Positions 32,684 through 41,296 of a stretch of DNA of 64,000 nucleotides are shown one piece after another. The notes under the pieces are model-generated. The model saw only the letters and a list, made by a program, of their open reading frames with translations, ran no database searches and was not told the origin of the DNA. Within the stretch, counting starts at the first letter, position 1, and each line of letters opens with the position of its first letter. This stretch comes from Candidatus Sumerlaeota bacterium (GTDB lineage: Bacteria; Sumerlaeota; Sumerlaeia; SLMS01; JAHLLQ01): the NCBI GenBank assembly GCA_021772755.1, contig JAJFLJ010000083.1:1416-65415 (forward strand). Direction: 5' to 3'. Both the position numbers and the translations under genes were made by a program.

Positions 32684-33325
32684 CTACGCCCCGCCCCGAA
32701 CCAGCTCCTTCACCCACTCGATGCCGCCCTCGATTCCCGCAGCCCCCAGGAAGAACACCGCATAGAGAGCCACCGCGTACACGCCCACCGACAACACCCC
32801 CACCAGCAGCGCCAGCGCCACGAACACGCCGTCCTTCTCCGTCAGGCCGATGCCGATCAGAAAGATCGCCCCCGCAGGAATCGTGTTCGTTCCCGGAATC
32901 GGCAGCGTCATCAGCGCCGCCATCGCCAGCACCAGCAGACTCATCCCCGCCATCGCCCACCGGCTGCCCACCCACTGGAACCGCGGCCGGATGAAGCGCT
33001 CCAGCTTCGACGTCACCTTCACCGCGAAACCCATCATCGCGCCGCCAAGCCGCTTCGGAATGCGTCGCCGGCGAATCCAGCCCGGCAACGCCGGCACCCG
33101 CCGCCCCATCAGCATCTGCATGCCCAGGATGAAGAGCGCGATCCCGAACGGCGTGCTGTAGCCCGCCGCCGGAACCGGCAGCGCCGACGGCAGCGACAGC
33201 ACCACCAGCAGCAGCCCGAACCCCTTCTCCCCCACATTGTCGAGAATCTCGCCGATCGTGATGCCCTCGGGATGATCGCCGGAGAGAACGTCGGCGAGAC
33301 TTTCGGAAAGACTGCGGGCGGTCAT
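32684..33325 (-). CDS. exoD: Exopolysaccharide synthesis protein ExoD family (inner-membrane)
   Basis: N-terminal pattern LSESLADVLSGDHPEGITIGEILDNVGEKGFGLLLVVLSLPSALPV...GIALFILGMQMLMGRRVPALPGWI is characteristic of ExoD. About 213 aa. Confidence 0.75.
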   Translation of the reverse strand: MTARSLSESLADVLSGDHPEGITIGEILDNVGEKGFGLLLVVLSLPSALPVPAAGYSTPFGIALFILGMQMLMGRRVPALPGWIRRRRIPKRLGGAMMGFAVKVTSKLERFIRPRFQWVGSRWAMAGMSLLVLAMAALMTLPIPGTNTIPAGAIFLIGIGLTEKDGVFVALALLVGVLSVGVYAVALYAVFFLGAAGIEGGIEWVKELVRGGA

Positions 33326-33500
33326 GGACGAAGGGCTCCGGAGCGGGCTGGCGAACAGGCGCGAACGGTTCGGTTCCCCCCCGCGCGGGCGCAACGGAAA
33401 GCCGGACCGCCCCGCCGACCGCTCCGCCCCCCGCGAGACCCGCGATTCCGTCCCCCGCCGACCTCCTCCGAACGCCCCCGCCCGGCCCTGCGGAGTGCCC

Positions 33501-33529
33501 TTGACAGCGCACCGACCTGCGGACAGCCT
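33501..33529 (+). promoter_or_regulatory. Possible tRNA-Ala promoter (TTGACA-N17-CAGCCT)
   Basis: Consensus -35 TTGACA at 33501-33506. Weak -10 candidate 17 bp downstream, about 18 nt before the mature tRNA 5' end. Confidence 0.2.
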
Positions 33530-33546
33530 TCGCGTCCCTCGCAAGT

Positions 33547-33622
33547 GGGGCTATAGCTCAGCTGGTAGAGCGCTGCGTTCGCAATGCAGAGGTCAGGGGT
33601 TCGACTCCCCTTAGCTCCACCA
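33547..33622 (+). tRNA. tRNA-Ala (anticodon CGC), 76 nt including encoded CCA
   Basis: Cloverleaf checked by hand: acceptor GGGGCUA/UAGCUCC with the G3:U70 Ala identity pair; D-stem GCUC/GAGC; anticodon loop UUCGCAA; T-arm AGGGG-UUCGACU-CCCCU. Confidence 0.9.
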
Positions 33623-33789
33623 CTCAAACCCAACGAAATCAACAGCCAGGAAGAAGGCGTCCGAGCGGCGCCAAGCCGGTTCGCGTGTCTCGGGTCTCCT
33701 CCGCGTCACGGGTGTTTGGGACTATCGTCAGGCACGGTGAAGTACGGAACTCTCGTTGAATACGCGGGGGTTCTCACCGTACCATTCTG

Positions 33790-34818
33790 TTGTTGCTTGA
33801 TAGCGCCAGCCACAAGGATCCCGGTATGCTCGAAAGAATCCGAAACCACCCATTCGTTGCTGGGATCATTATTTCCTCTGTTGTCTGGCTAACTTTGGGC
33901 GGCGTAATCGGACGCGCTTTCTTGGTGGTGACAGGCAAGAATGAGACCTATTTGAATGGAAGAATCACCGAACTTGGGGAGGCTCGCCGGTCTCTTGATG
34001 ATCGCGCCAAGGGAATCGCCACACTGGAAACAAGCAATCAGCTGCTGGAGTATAAACTGGGGGAGTCCCGTACCCAATTAGCCAGCCTGGAGGAGCAGAT
34101 TGCAAAATACAGGGAATTGCAGTTGGAGGACAAGTATGCCGCAGAACGCGCCAGAGTTCGCTCATTGTCCGCTCAGGTGGAAGATCTAAAACTCAGTAAG
34201 GATCAAGAGACTGATAGACTGAGGCGTAGAAACGATGACTTGAGAAAAGAAGTATCGGCACTCCGGGCAGAACTGGCGAGGCTACCTGCGTTGCAGGAGG
34301 AGGGGATCTCAGGTTCCTTGGCCGCTGTTGATACGCTTGTTGCCGAGAAGTTGGACCTTCAACAGAAGGTTGAGGGACTCGTGGGGGAGTTGGAATCCTG
34401 CAAGGATAGCCGGATGGAACAGGAACACCAGTTGTCTCTAACCAAGAATGAGTTGCGGGAAGTACGCCTAATCGTTTCGGGAATCAAGCCAAGTGAGATA
34501 GAGGAGTTTGGTGAACGGAGCCAAGCCTTGGAGTCATTGATGGTAGCCCTACGTGGACTGAGCAACGATGTTGAAGCGGGAAACACTCTGCTGCGAAATA
34601 TTGGAAAGGTGAAGGGAGGAGTCACACCAGAAGAGTGGATTGCTCTGCTCCGAGCTGCCAATATTAGTGATGACTACTGCTACGCACAAGTCATAGCAAA
34701 AAGCGTGAAACATGTTAGTGAGAAGCCAAGCCCAAAGCAGATCCAGACCATATTGAGCAGTATGCACAACGATTCGTACGAGTCCCAAGTCTATGGGTTC
34801 TTACAGGGAATAGACTGA
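33790..34818 (+). CDS. Low-GC (about 50%) membrane-anchored coiled-coil protein; horizontally acquired cargo next to the tRNA
   Basis: N-terminal TM helix (FVAGIIISSVVWLTLGGVIG) followed by ~280 aa of heptad-like coiled coil. GC content drops sharply compared with flanking DNA. Confidence 0.6.
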   Translation: MLLDSASHKDPGMLERIRNHPFVAGIIISSVVWLTLGGVIGRAFLVVTGKNETYLNGRITELGEARRSLDDRAKGIATLETSNQLLEYKLGESRTQLASLEEQIAKYRELQLEDKYAAERARVRSLSAQVEDLKLSKDQETDRLRRRNDDLRKEVSALRAELARLPALQEEGISGSLAAVDTLVAEKLDLQQKVEGLVGELESCKDSRMEQEHQLSLTKNELREVRLIVSGIKPSEIEEFGERSQALESLMVALRGLSNDVEAGNTLLRNIGKVKGGVTPEEWIALLRAANISDDYCYAQVIAKSVKHVSEKPSPKQIQTILSSMHNDSYESQVYGFLQGID

Positions 34819-34835
34819 GGGCATCGGCCAACCGA

Positions 34836-35063
34836 TTATAGCGCAATCGCCCTGACCCTCGCCTCCACGGGCTCCAGTTCCGGCATCGCCAACGTCCCGT
34901 CAGCCCCTTCGTCCGGGTAGAAGCGCAGGTAGTGCAGTTCGGTCGTCTCCGTCGTGCTGTGTCCGAGCACCTTTGACAGCTTGAGGATCGGGTCGCCCTC
35001 GCGGGCCAGCGTCGCGGCAAACGTGTGCCGCAGGGTGTGGAGTGTCAGCGGACGGCGCAGCAT
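34836..35063 (-). pseudogene. Tyrosine recombinase (phage-type integrase) C-terminal remnant
   Basis: Catalytic C-terminus LHTLRHTFAATLAREG...LGHSTTETTELHYL (H-x-x-R ... H ... Y). Upstream in-frame sequence is unrelated and overlaps a repeat, so the gene is truncated. Confidence 0.65.
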
Positions 35064-35215
35064 CGCGCGTCCGGAGCGGCTGACGTTCGCTTGGGCGGGA
35101 CGCCCAAGCCACCCTTTGCGATTCTTCGCGCTCTCCGCGACTTTGCGTTGTGCTCTTTCTCCGCGAACTCTCGCCGTCCTCGGCGTCTCTGCGTACCGCT
35201 CTTTCCCACCGCCGC
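35060..35215. repeat. ~160-bp repeat, copy A (about 85% identical to 51875-52027)
   Basis: gcatcgcgcgtccggagcggctgacgttcgcttgggcgggacgcccaagccaccc...ctctgcgtaccgctctttccc aligns to copy B in the same orientation. A partial third copy (gggcggcccaagccgccct) lies at ~35247-35270. Confidence 0.6.
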
Positions 35216-35342
35216 AGAACACGGTTTCAGCGCCGAGGCCACACGCCGGGCGGCCCAAGCCGCCCTCTTCCCCGTTGCGGCCCCAGGCCGGTCCTGCGAT
35301 TTTGCGCCGTCTTCAATCCTCTCCGTTCTGAAAGGACGCGGC

Positions 35343-36290
35343 ATGACGACGGCTCGGCCCTATCGCGACGACGATCTCGCCGGTGTCGTCTCCGCCTGGC
35401 GGCGCGCGCTGCCCCGGGACGCGGTGACGGAGGACGACTTCGTCCGCCGCGTCCTGCTGGACCGCAACCTGGAGCCCGACGGTCTGCTGGTGGCCGATGG
35501 CGCCGACGGCACCGTCGCCGGGTTCGCCCTCTGTCTGGTGCTGCGCCATCCCATCGAGAACGTCGGGCTGATGGAACACCGCGGTTTCGTCACCGCCTTC
35601 GGCGTCGCGCCGGAGCACCGCGGGCGCGGCGCCGGCGGCGCGCTGCTGAACGAGGCCGAGGCGTTCTTTCGCGAGCGCGGGCGGACGGAAATCGCCATCG
35701 CCCCCTATCCGCCGAACTACTTCGTGCCGGGGGTCGACCGCGTCGCGTACGCCGACGGGCTCGCCTGGCTGGAGAAGCGCGGCTTCGCCGAGTTCAGCGA
35801 GGGCATCGCCATGGACGCGATGATCGGCACGTTCGACCTGGCCGACGACGTGCGGGCGAAGGAGGAGGCGCTCGCCCGCGAGGGCCTGGTCGTCCGTCCT
35901 CTCTCGCGCGACCGCATCGCAGCGTTTCTCGCCTTCATGTCGGCGACGATGCCGGGCGACTGGGTGACCGACGCGCGCGAGCTGCTGAAGTCCGTCGCCG
36001 CCGGCGCCGCGCCGCGCGATTCGATCATGGTGGCGATGGACGGCGGCGAGATCGTCGGCTACTGCAAGTTTCGCGGCGAGCACTTCGGCCCCTTCGGCGT
36101 GGCGGACACGCACCAGGGGCGCGGCATCGGATCGGTGCTGCTGGCGCGGACACTGCTGCAGATGCGCCTGGAGGGGCACCACGCGGCGTTCGTCCTCTGG
36201 ACGGGCGAGCGCGCCGCGCGCGGCGTCTACGCGCGGCTGGGCTTTGCGGTGTCGCGGCGCTTCGCGATTCTCCGGAAACCGCTCGTCTGA
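35343..36290 (+). CDS. GNAT-family N-acetyltransferase with tandem acetyltransferase domains
   Basis: Two acetyl-CoA-binding motifs (HRGRGAGGALL; HQGRGIGSVLL). Confidence 0.8.
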   Translation: MTTARPYRDDDLAGVVSAWRRALPRDAVTEDDFVRRVLLDRNLEPDGLLVADGADGTVAGFALCLVLRHPIENVGLMEHRGFVTAFGVAPEHRGRGAGGALLNEAEAFFRERGRTEIAIAPYPPNYFVPGVDRVAYADGLAWLEKRGFAEFSEGIAMDAMIGTFDLADDVRAKEEALAREGLVVRPLSRDRIAAFLAFMSATMPGDWVTDARELLKSVAAGAAPRDSIMVAMDGGEIVGYCKFRGEHFGPFGVADTHQGRGIGSVLLARTLLQMRLEGHHAAFVLWTGERAARGVYARLGFAVSRRFAILRKPLV

Positions 36291-37669
36291 TGCGCGGAGT
36301 CGTTCGCGCGATGGCCTTCGCGATGGCGCTGGTGCCGCTTTCCTGCACGGCGCCGGGCGCGCCGGAGGGCAAGACGCTCGTCGAGTTCTGGGACTATCCG
36401 CGCCTGCCGGCGGTTTCGGAGTACGTGCGGAACGGCATCGCGGAGTTCGAACGCCTGAATCCCGACGTGCACGTCGAGTTCACGCGGCTGAGCTGGGCCA
36501 AGGGGGGCGAACGGCTCGACATCGCGGCGTTCGCGGGGCGGCCGCCGGACCTGGCCGGGGCGACGCTGACGCTGAAGTACGTCGAGGCGGGGCTGCTCGA
36601 ACCGCTCGACGCGTACCTCGACGAGGAGATTCCCGACATGCCGGGCACGACCTGGCGCGAGGACATCCATCCGGAAATCCTGCGCGCCGTGCAGTGGGAG
36701 GACCGCACGTGGGCGATGCCCTGGTACAAGGAGGGCTTCGTCATTCTGCTGAATCTGGACATCCTGGCGGAGCGCGGCGTCGAGCCTCCCGCGAACGGGC
36801 GATGGACCTGGGACGAATTCCTCGCCGCCATGCGCGAACTGACGTTCGACCGCGATGGCGACGGCAGGACCGACGTCTACGGCATCGGGTTCAGCACCGG
36901 AAAGGAGAAATGGGAGGCGTATCCCTTTCTCTTCGCGGAGGGCATGACCATCATGAGCGAGGACGGTCGGCGCATGACGATCGATTCCGGCGCGACGCGG
37001 CGCGGCATCGAACGGCTGATAGACATGGAGTACGGGGAACGCATCAGCCTGCCCGGCGCCGGCGGAATCACCGACGACACGACGTGGACGGCGTTCTCGG
37101 GCCGCGAGCGCCGTCTCGCCGCGACGTGCCAGGGTCTCTGGGCGATCAACGCCGTCGCGATCCAGAACCGCCGCCTCGACGAATCGCGCGAGCAGCACGC
37201 GAACGCGGCGGACCTGCCGGACCCGTTGAACGTCGCCGTCGTCGCCTTTCCACGAATGCCCGGCCAGCCCCAGGTCATGGCGTCCTACGGCGTCGGTTCC
37301 TACACGGTGTTCAAGCGCCCCACCGATCCGAAGCGCACGGAGGCTGCGGCGCGGCTCGCGCGGTTTCTGACGCTCGAACACGGCCAGGAGATCAACCGCG
37401 AGGCGGGTCTGCTGCCGAGCCGCGCGTCGAAGACCGGCGTTCTCGCCGGCGATCCGCGCTTCGAGAACGTCCTCGACATGATTCCCTCCGCCATTTCGCC
37501 GCCGACGCATCCCGCGTGGCAGCAGCTCGACCAGGTCATCGGCGAGCAGTTGCAGCTCGCCCTGCTGCGGCGCGTCGATATCGACACCGCCGTGCGCAAC
37601 ATGCAGGAACGCGGGCAGATGGTGCTCGACGACTACTGGAAGAGCCGCGACGCCGCGGCCGGGGACTGA
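36290..37669 (+). CDS. ABC transporter substrate-binding lipoprotein (family 1 sugar/oligosaccharide SBP)
   Basis: Lipobox LVPLSC. ATG overlaps the GNAT stop (TGATG). Typical family-1 SBP pattern (TLVEFWDY...AMPWYKEGFVILLN...). Confidence 0.85.
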   Translation: MRGVVRAMAFAMALVPLSCTAPGAPEGKTLVEFWDYPRLPAVSEYVRNGIAEFERLNPDVHVEFTRLSWAKGGERLDIAAFAGRPPDLAGATLTLKYVEAGLLEPLDAYLDEEIPDMPGTTWREDIHPEILRAVQWEDRTWAMPWYKEGFVILLNLDILAERGVEPPANGRWTWDEFLAAMRELTFDRDGDGRTDVYGIGFSTGKEKWEAYPFLFAEGMTIMSEDGRRMTIDSGATRRGIERLIDMEYGERISLPGAGGITDDTTWTAFSGRERRLAATCQGLWAINAVAIQNRRLDESREQHANAADLPDPLNVAVVAFPRMPGQPQVMASYGVGSYTVFKRPTDPKRTEAAARLARFLTLEHGQEINREAGLLPSRASKTGVLAGDPRFENVLDMIPSAISPPTHPAWQQLDQVIGEQLQLALLRRVDIDTAVRNMQERGQMVLDDYWKSRDAAAGD

Positions 37670-37679
37670 ACCGCCCGCC

Positions 37680-39590
37680 GTGACGAATCGCTCCGCCCGC
37701 CGCCAGTCCCTCGCCGCCTGGACGATGCTCGCGCCCTCGGTGCTGCTCTTCGCCGTGTTCGTCGGACTGCCGATGGTGCTGGCGTTCGCCATCGCGTTCA
37801 AGCGCATCGACCTCGCCGAGGGCATCGCCGGCAGCCCCTGGGTCGGGCTGCAGAACTTCCGCGACCTGTTCGGCAACGTCCTCGTCGCGGAACGCGTGCG
37901 GCGCGCGTTCTCCAACACGCTGCTCTTCACGGTGTGCTTCGTGCCGCTGAATCTGCTCGCCTCCATCGTCATCGCAACGCTCGTCCACGCGGTGAAGGGG
38001 CGCGGCAGGGCGTTCTACCGCGCGGCGTTCTACCTGCCGACGGTCACGTCCGCGATCGTCTTCGCGATGATCTGGAAATGGCTGTACGACGCGAACTTCG
38101 GACTGCTGAACCACGTTCTCGGTCTCGCCGGAATCGACCCGATCAACTGGACCGGCGACCCGCAGTGGGCCATCTGGGCGGTCATCGTCGCGGCGCTCGG
38201 CGCGGGGCCCGGCGGCAACGTTCTGATCTATCTCGCCGCGCTCGGTTCCGTTCCCGAGGACACGGTGGAGGCCGCGAAGGTCGATGGCGCGAACGCGCTG
38301 CTGCGATGGTGGACGGTGGTGGTGCCGGCGCTCAAGCCGGTGACGCTCTATCTCGTCGTGCTGAACACGATCGGGTCCTTCCAGGTCTTCGAGCTCGTCT
38401 TCGTGCTCACCAACGGCGGCCCCGCCGGATCGTCGACGGTGCTGGTGTACGAGATCTACAGCCTCGCCTTCGTGCAGGGGCGCTACGGAATCGCGGGTGC
38501 GCTCTCGCTGATTCTGCTCGGCATCGTCACGGTGTTCACGGCGCTGCAATTCCTCGTCTTCGGCAAGGACTCCACCCGCAGCGGAGAGCGGGGAATGGCG
38601 GAACGCGCGCTCGAATCCGTCGGCGAGGCCATCGGCGCCGTTCTGAACGTCGTCGGCGGCTGGGCCGAGGCCGTCGGTGCGCGAATCGCCCGTGCGACGC
38701 GCCATCTGCGCAAGCCGCGCGATCCCGCCAGGGGTCCGTCGCTCCTGCGCACCGCCTCGCGCGAGGCTCCGTTGCACGTTCTTCTTCTGCCACTGGCGCT
38801 CCTGTTTCTCTTTCCGATGGTGTGGATGTTCCTCTCGGCGCTGACGCCGCGCATCTATCTGCAGTCCAACCCGCCGCAGGTCTCGCCGGCCAACTTCTCG
38901 CTGGAGAACTACGCGCGCCTGTTCGAGAGCGCCCCCGCCGTCGGACGCTGGTTCTGGAACAGTACGTATCTCTCGCTGACGACAATGGCCGTGCAGGTCA
39001 TGCTGAGCTGTCTCGCCGGATACGTGTTCGCGCGGCTGGTCTTTCCCGGCCGACGGCTACTCTTCGCCGCGTTCATCTCCTCGATCATTCTGCCGGGCCA
39101 GGCGCTCGTGATCCCGCTCTTCATCGTCATCTCCAGCGGCATCCGCAATGTGTTCGGCGTCGATCTGCTGAACACGCACTGGGCGCTGATCCTCCCGGGG
39201 CTCTGCTCCCCCGTCGGCGTGTTTCTCATGCGCCAGTACATCGAGGGGCTGCCGAAGGAACTCGACGAGGCCGCGCGCATCGACGGCTGCGGCGAGTTCG
39301 CCATCTGGTGGCGCGTGGTCCTGCCGCTCTGCCGTCCCGTCATCGCCGCGTGGGGCATCCTCACCTTCACCGGCGTGTGGAAGAGCTTCTTCTGGCCCTT
39401 CGTCGTCCTCGGGTCGGAACAGCTCTTCACGCTCGAAGTCGGCCTCCAGACCCTGCAGCAACAGAACGTCGCCGACTTCGGCCTCATCATGGCCGGCGCC
39501 ACCACCAGCGCCATTCCCATGATCGTCCTCTTCTTCGTCTTCCAGAAGCAGATCGTCGCCGGGCTCGCCTTCGGCGCCGTGAAGGGATAG
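37680..39590 (+). CDS. Fused ABC sugar-transporter permease (MalF/UgpA-like and MalG/UgpE-like domains in one 636-aa polypeptide)
   Basis: Two EAA loops (EAAKVDGANALLRWWTVVVP and EAARIDGCGEFAIWWRVVLP) in one uninterrupted ORF, with about 12 TM helices. Confidence 0.8.
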   Translation: MTNRSARRQSLAAWTMLAPSVLLFAVFVGLPMVLAFAIAFKRIDLAEGIAGSPWVGLQNFRDLFGNVLVAERVRRAFSNTLLFTVCFVPLNLLASIVIATLVHAVKGRGRAFYRAAFYLPTVTSAIVFAMIWKWLYDANFGLLNHVLGLAGIDPINWTGDPQWAIWAVIVAALGAGPGGNVLIYLAALGSVPEDTVEAAKVDGANALLRWWTVVVPALKPVTLYLVVLNTIGSFQVFELVFVLTNGGPAGSSTVLVYEIYSLAFVQGRYGIAGALSLILLGIVTVFTALQFLVFGKDSTRSGERGMAERALESVGEAIGAVLNVVGGWAEAVGARIARATRHLRKPRDPARGPSLLRTASREAPLHVLLLPLALLFLFPMVWMFLSALTPRIYLQSNPPQVSPANFSLENYARLFESAPAVGRWFWNSTYLSLTTMAVQVMLSCLAGYVFARLVFPGRRLLFAAFISSIILPGQALVIPLFIVISSGIRNVFGVDLLNTHWALILPGLCSPVGVFLMRQYIEGLPKELDEAARIDGCGEFAIWWRVVLPLCRPVIAAWGILTFTGVWKSFFWPFVVLGSEQLFTLEVGLQTLQQQNVADFGLIMAGATTSAIPMIVLFFVFQKQIVAGLAFGAVKG

Positions 39591-39594
39591 ACCG

Positions 39595-40314
39595 ATGGAC
39601 CCACGTTTCTCGTACGCCCACGGCGGCGTCGTTCGCGGACCACGCGGAGAGAAGCGCCTCGCGCTCGTCTTCACCGGCGGCGACTTCGGCGAGGGAACCG
39701 GCGTCGTGCTCGACACGCTCGCGGAGCACGGCGTGCGCGGCTCCTTCTACCTGACCGGCGGGTATCTTCGCGCAGCCGCGAACCGCGACGCCATCGTGCG
39801 CGCTGTCGCGGAAGGCCACGTCCTCGGTCCGCATTCCGACGAGCACCTTCTCTACTGTCCGTGGGACGATCGCGCGAAGACCCTCGTTACGCGCGAACAG
39901 TTCCTCCGCGACCTCGAAGCCAACACGCGCCTGCTGTCGGAGTTCGGCGTCCCCGCCGAAACGATGCGCTGGTGGATTCCCCCCTACGAATGGTACAACG
40001 AGGACATCGTCCGCTGGTCCAAAGAGGCGGGCCACCGGCTCTTCTGCTTCACGCCTGGAACGCTCTCGCACACGGATTACACCGAGGACGACGCGCCGAA
40101 CTGGCGGTCGAACGAGACGATCTGGAGCTCCATCGCGACCCACGAGGAACGCGAACCGGACGGGCTGAGCGGGTTTCTGCTGCTGACCCATGTGGGCGCC
40201 GGTCCGCGAAGGACCGAGAAGTTCTTCGACCGGCTCGGCGCCCTGATCGATTTTCTGAAGGATCGCGGGTACTCCTTCGCCACGGTACCGGAGCTTCTGG
40301 CGGGGGCGGAGTAG
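39595..40314 (+). CDS. Polysaccharide deacetylase (NodB-homology) family protein
   Basis: LVFTGGDFGEG...GVRGSFYLTG...HSDEHL...CFTPGTLSHTDY match NodB motifs. Confidence 0.8.
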   Translation: MDPRFSYAHGGVVRGPRGEKRLALVFTGGDFGEGTGVVLDTLAEHGVRGSFYLTGGYLRAAANRDAIVRAVAEGHVLGPHSDEHLLYCPWDDRAKTLVTREQFLRDLEANTRLLSEFGVPAETMRWWIPPYEWYNEDIVRWSKEAGHRLFCFTPGTLSHTDYTEDDAPNWRSNETIWSSIATHEEREPDGLSGFLLLTHVGAGPRRTEKFFDRLGALIDFLKDRGYSFATVPELLAGAE

Positions 40315-40363
40315 CGGGCTGCTGGCGGCGAAGAATTGGGCTTGATGGGGGCCGGGGCCATGT

Positions 40364-40384
40364 GAATGAGAATCATTCTCATTC
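40364..40384. promoter_or_regulatory. Zur-box-like operator: perfect 10-1-10 AT-rich palindrome GAATGAGAAT-C-ATTCTCATTC
   Basis: A 21-bp perfect inverted repeat, AT-rich in a 68% GC genome, ends 15 bp before the znuA start codon. Confidence 0.6.
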
Positions 40385-40399
40385 TGGAGGCCGCTCGCC

Positions 40400-41296
40400 A
40401 TGCTCCCCATCCCGCTCCTTCGACTGCTGATTCTCGCCCTCGTGGCGACCGCCGCCCTCGGCAGCGCCCCCGCCCAGGACGCCCCCGCGCCGATCTCCGT
40501 CTTCGTCAGCATCCCGCCCCAGCGCGAATTCGTCGAGCGCATCGGCGGCGACCGCGTACAGGTCGAGGTCCTGGTGGAGTCCGGCCAGAACCCCCACGCC
40601 TACGACCCCGCTCCCCGGCAGATCGCCCGTCTGGCGCGCGCGCGCCTCTACTTCCGGATCGGCGTTCCGTTCGAGGACGCGCTTCTTCGGCGGGTCGGCG
40701 AGTCCATGCCCCGGCTTCGCATCGTCGACACGACCGCCGGGATTCCCCTCCGCCCCATGGAGGATCACGACGACGCCCACGACGGTCACGCCCACGACGG
40801 CGCGGAGGGCATGGACCCGCACATCTGGCTCAGCCCCCGGCTCGTCATGATGCAGGCGCTGACGATCCACGACGCGCTGGTGGCGACCGATCCCGCCGGC
40901 GCGGCGGTCTATCGCGAGAACCTCGCGGGATATCTGGCGGACCTTGGCCGCCTGCACGGCGAACTCGAAGTCGCCCTCGCCCCCGTTCGCGGAAAGACGT
41001 TCCTCGTCTATCATCCCGCCTTCGGATACTTCGCGGACGAGTACGGACTGAAGCAGCACGCCGTGGAAACGGACGGACGCGAACCGGGCGCGAAGTCTCT
41101 CGCGCAGCTGATCGACCGCGCGCGCCGTGAGAACGTCCGCGTCGTTTTCGTGCAGAAGCAGTTCGGCTCGGCCAACGCGCAGGTCATCGCCAATGCGATC
41201 GGCGGCGCCGTCGTTGCGATCGATCCCCTGGCGGACGACTATCTGGAAAGCATGCGGGCGCTGGCGAACGCCGTTCGCGAAGGACTCGGCGGATGA
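40400..41296 (+). CDS. znuA: Zinc ABC transporter substrate-binding protein
   Basis: Signal peptide; His/Asp-rich loop EDHDDAHDGHAHDGAEGMDPHIW typical of ZnuA; cluster-9 SBP motifs. Confidence 0.85.
   Translation: MLPIPLLRLLILALVATAALGSAPAQDAPAPISVFVSIPPQREFVERIGGDRVQVEVLVESGQNPHAYDPAPRQIARLARARLYFRIGVPFEDALLRRVGESMPRLRIVDTTAGIPLRPMEDHDDAHDGHAHDGAEGMDPHIWLSPRLVMMQALTIHDALVATDPAGAAVYRENLAGYLADLGRLHGELEVALAPVRGKTFLVYHPAFGYFADEYGLKQHAVETDGREPGAKSLAQLIDRARRENVRVVFVQKQFGSANAQVIANAIGGAVVAIDPLADDYLESMRALANAVREGLGG

Noticed and set aside
35150-36289. N-terminal 380 aa of the 839-aa ORF preceding the substrate-binding protein
   Set aside because: Shadow frame overlapping the GNAT gene. The real SBP starts at the TGATG junction with a lipoprotein signal peptide.
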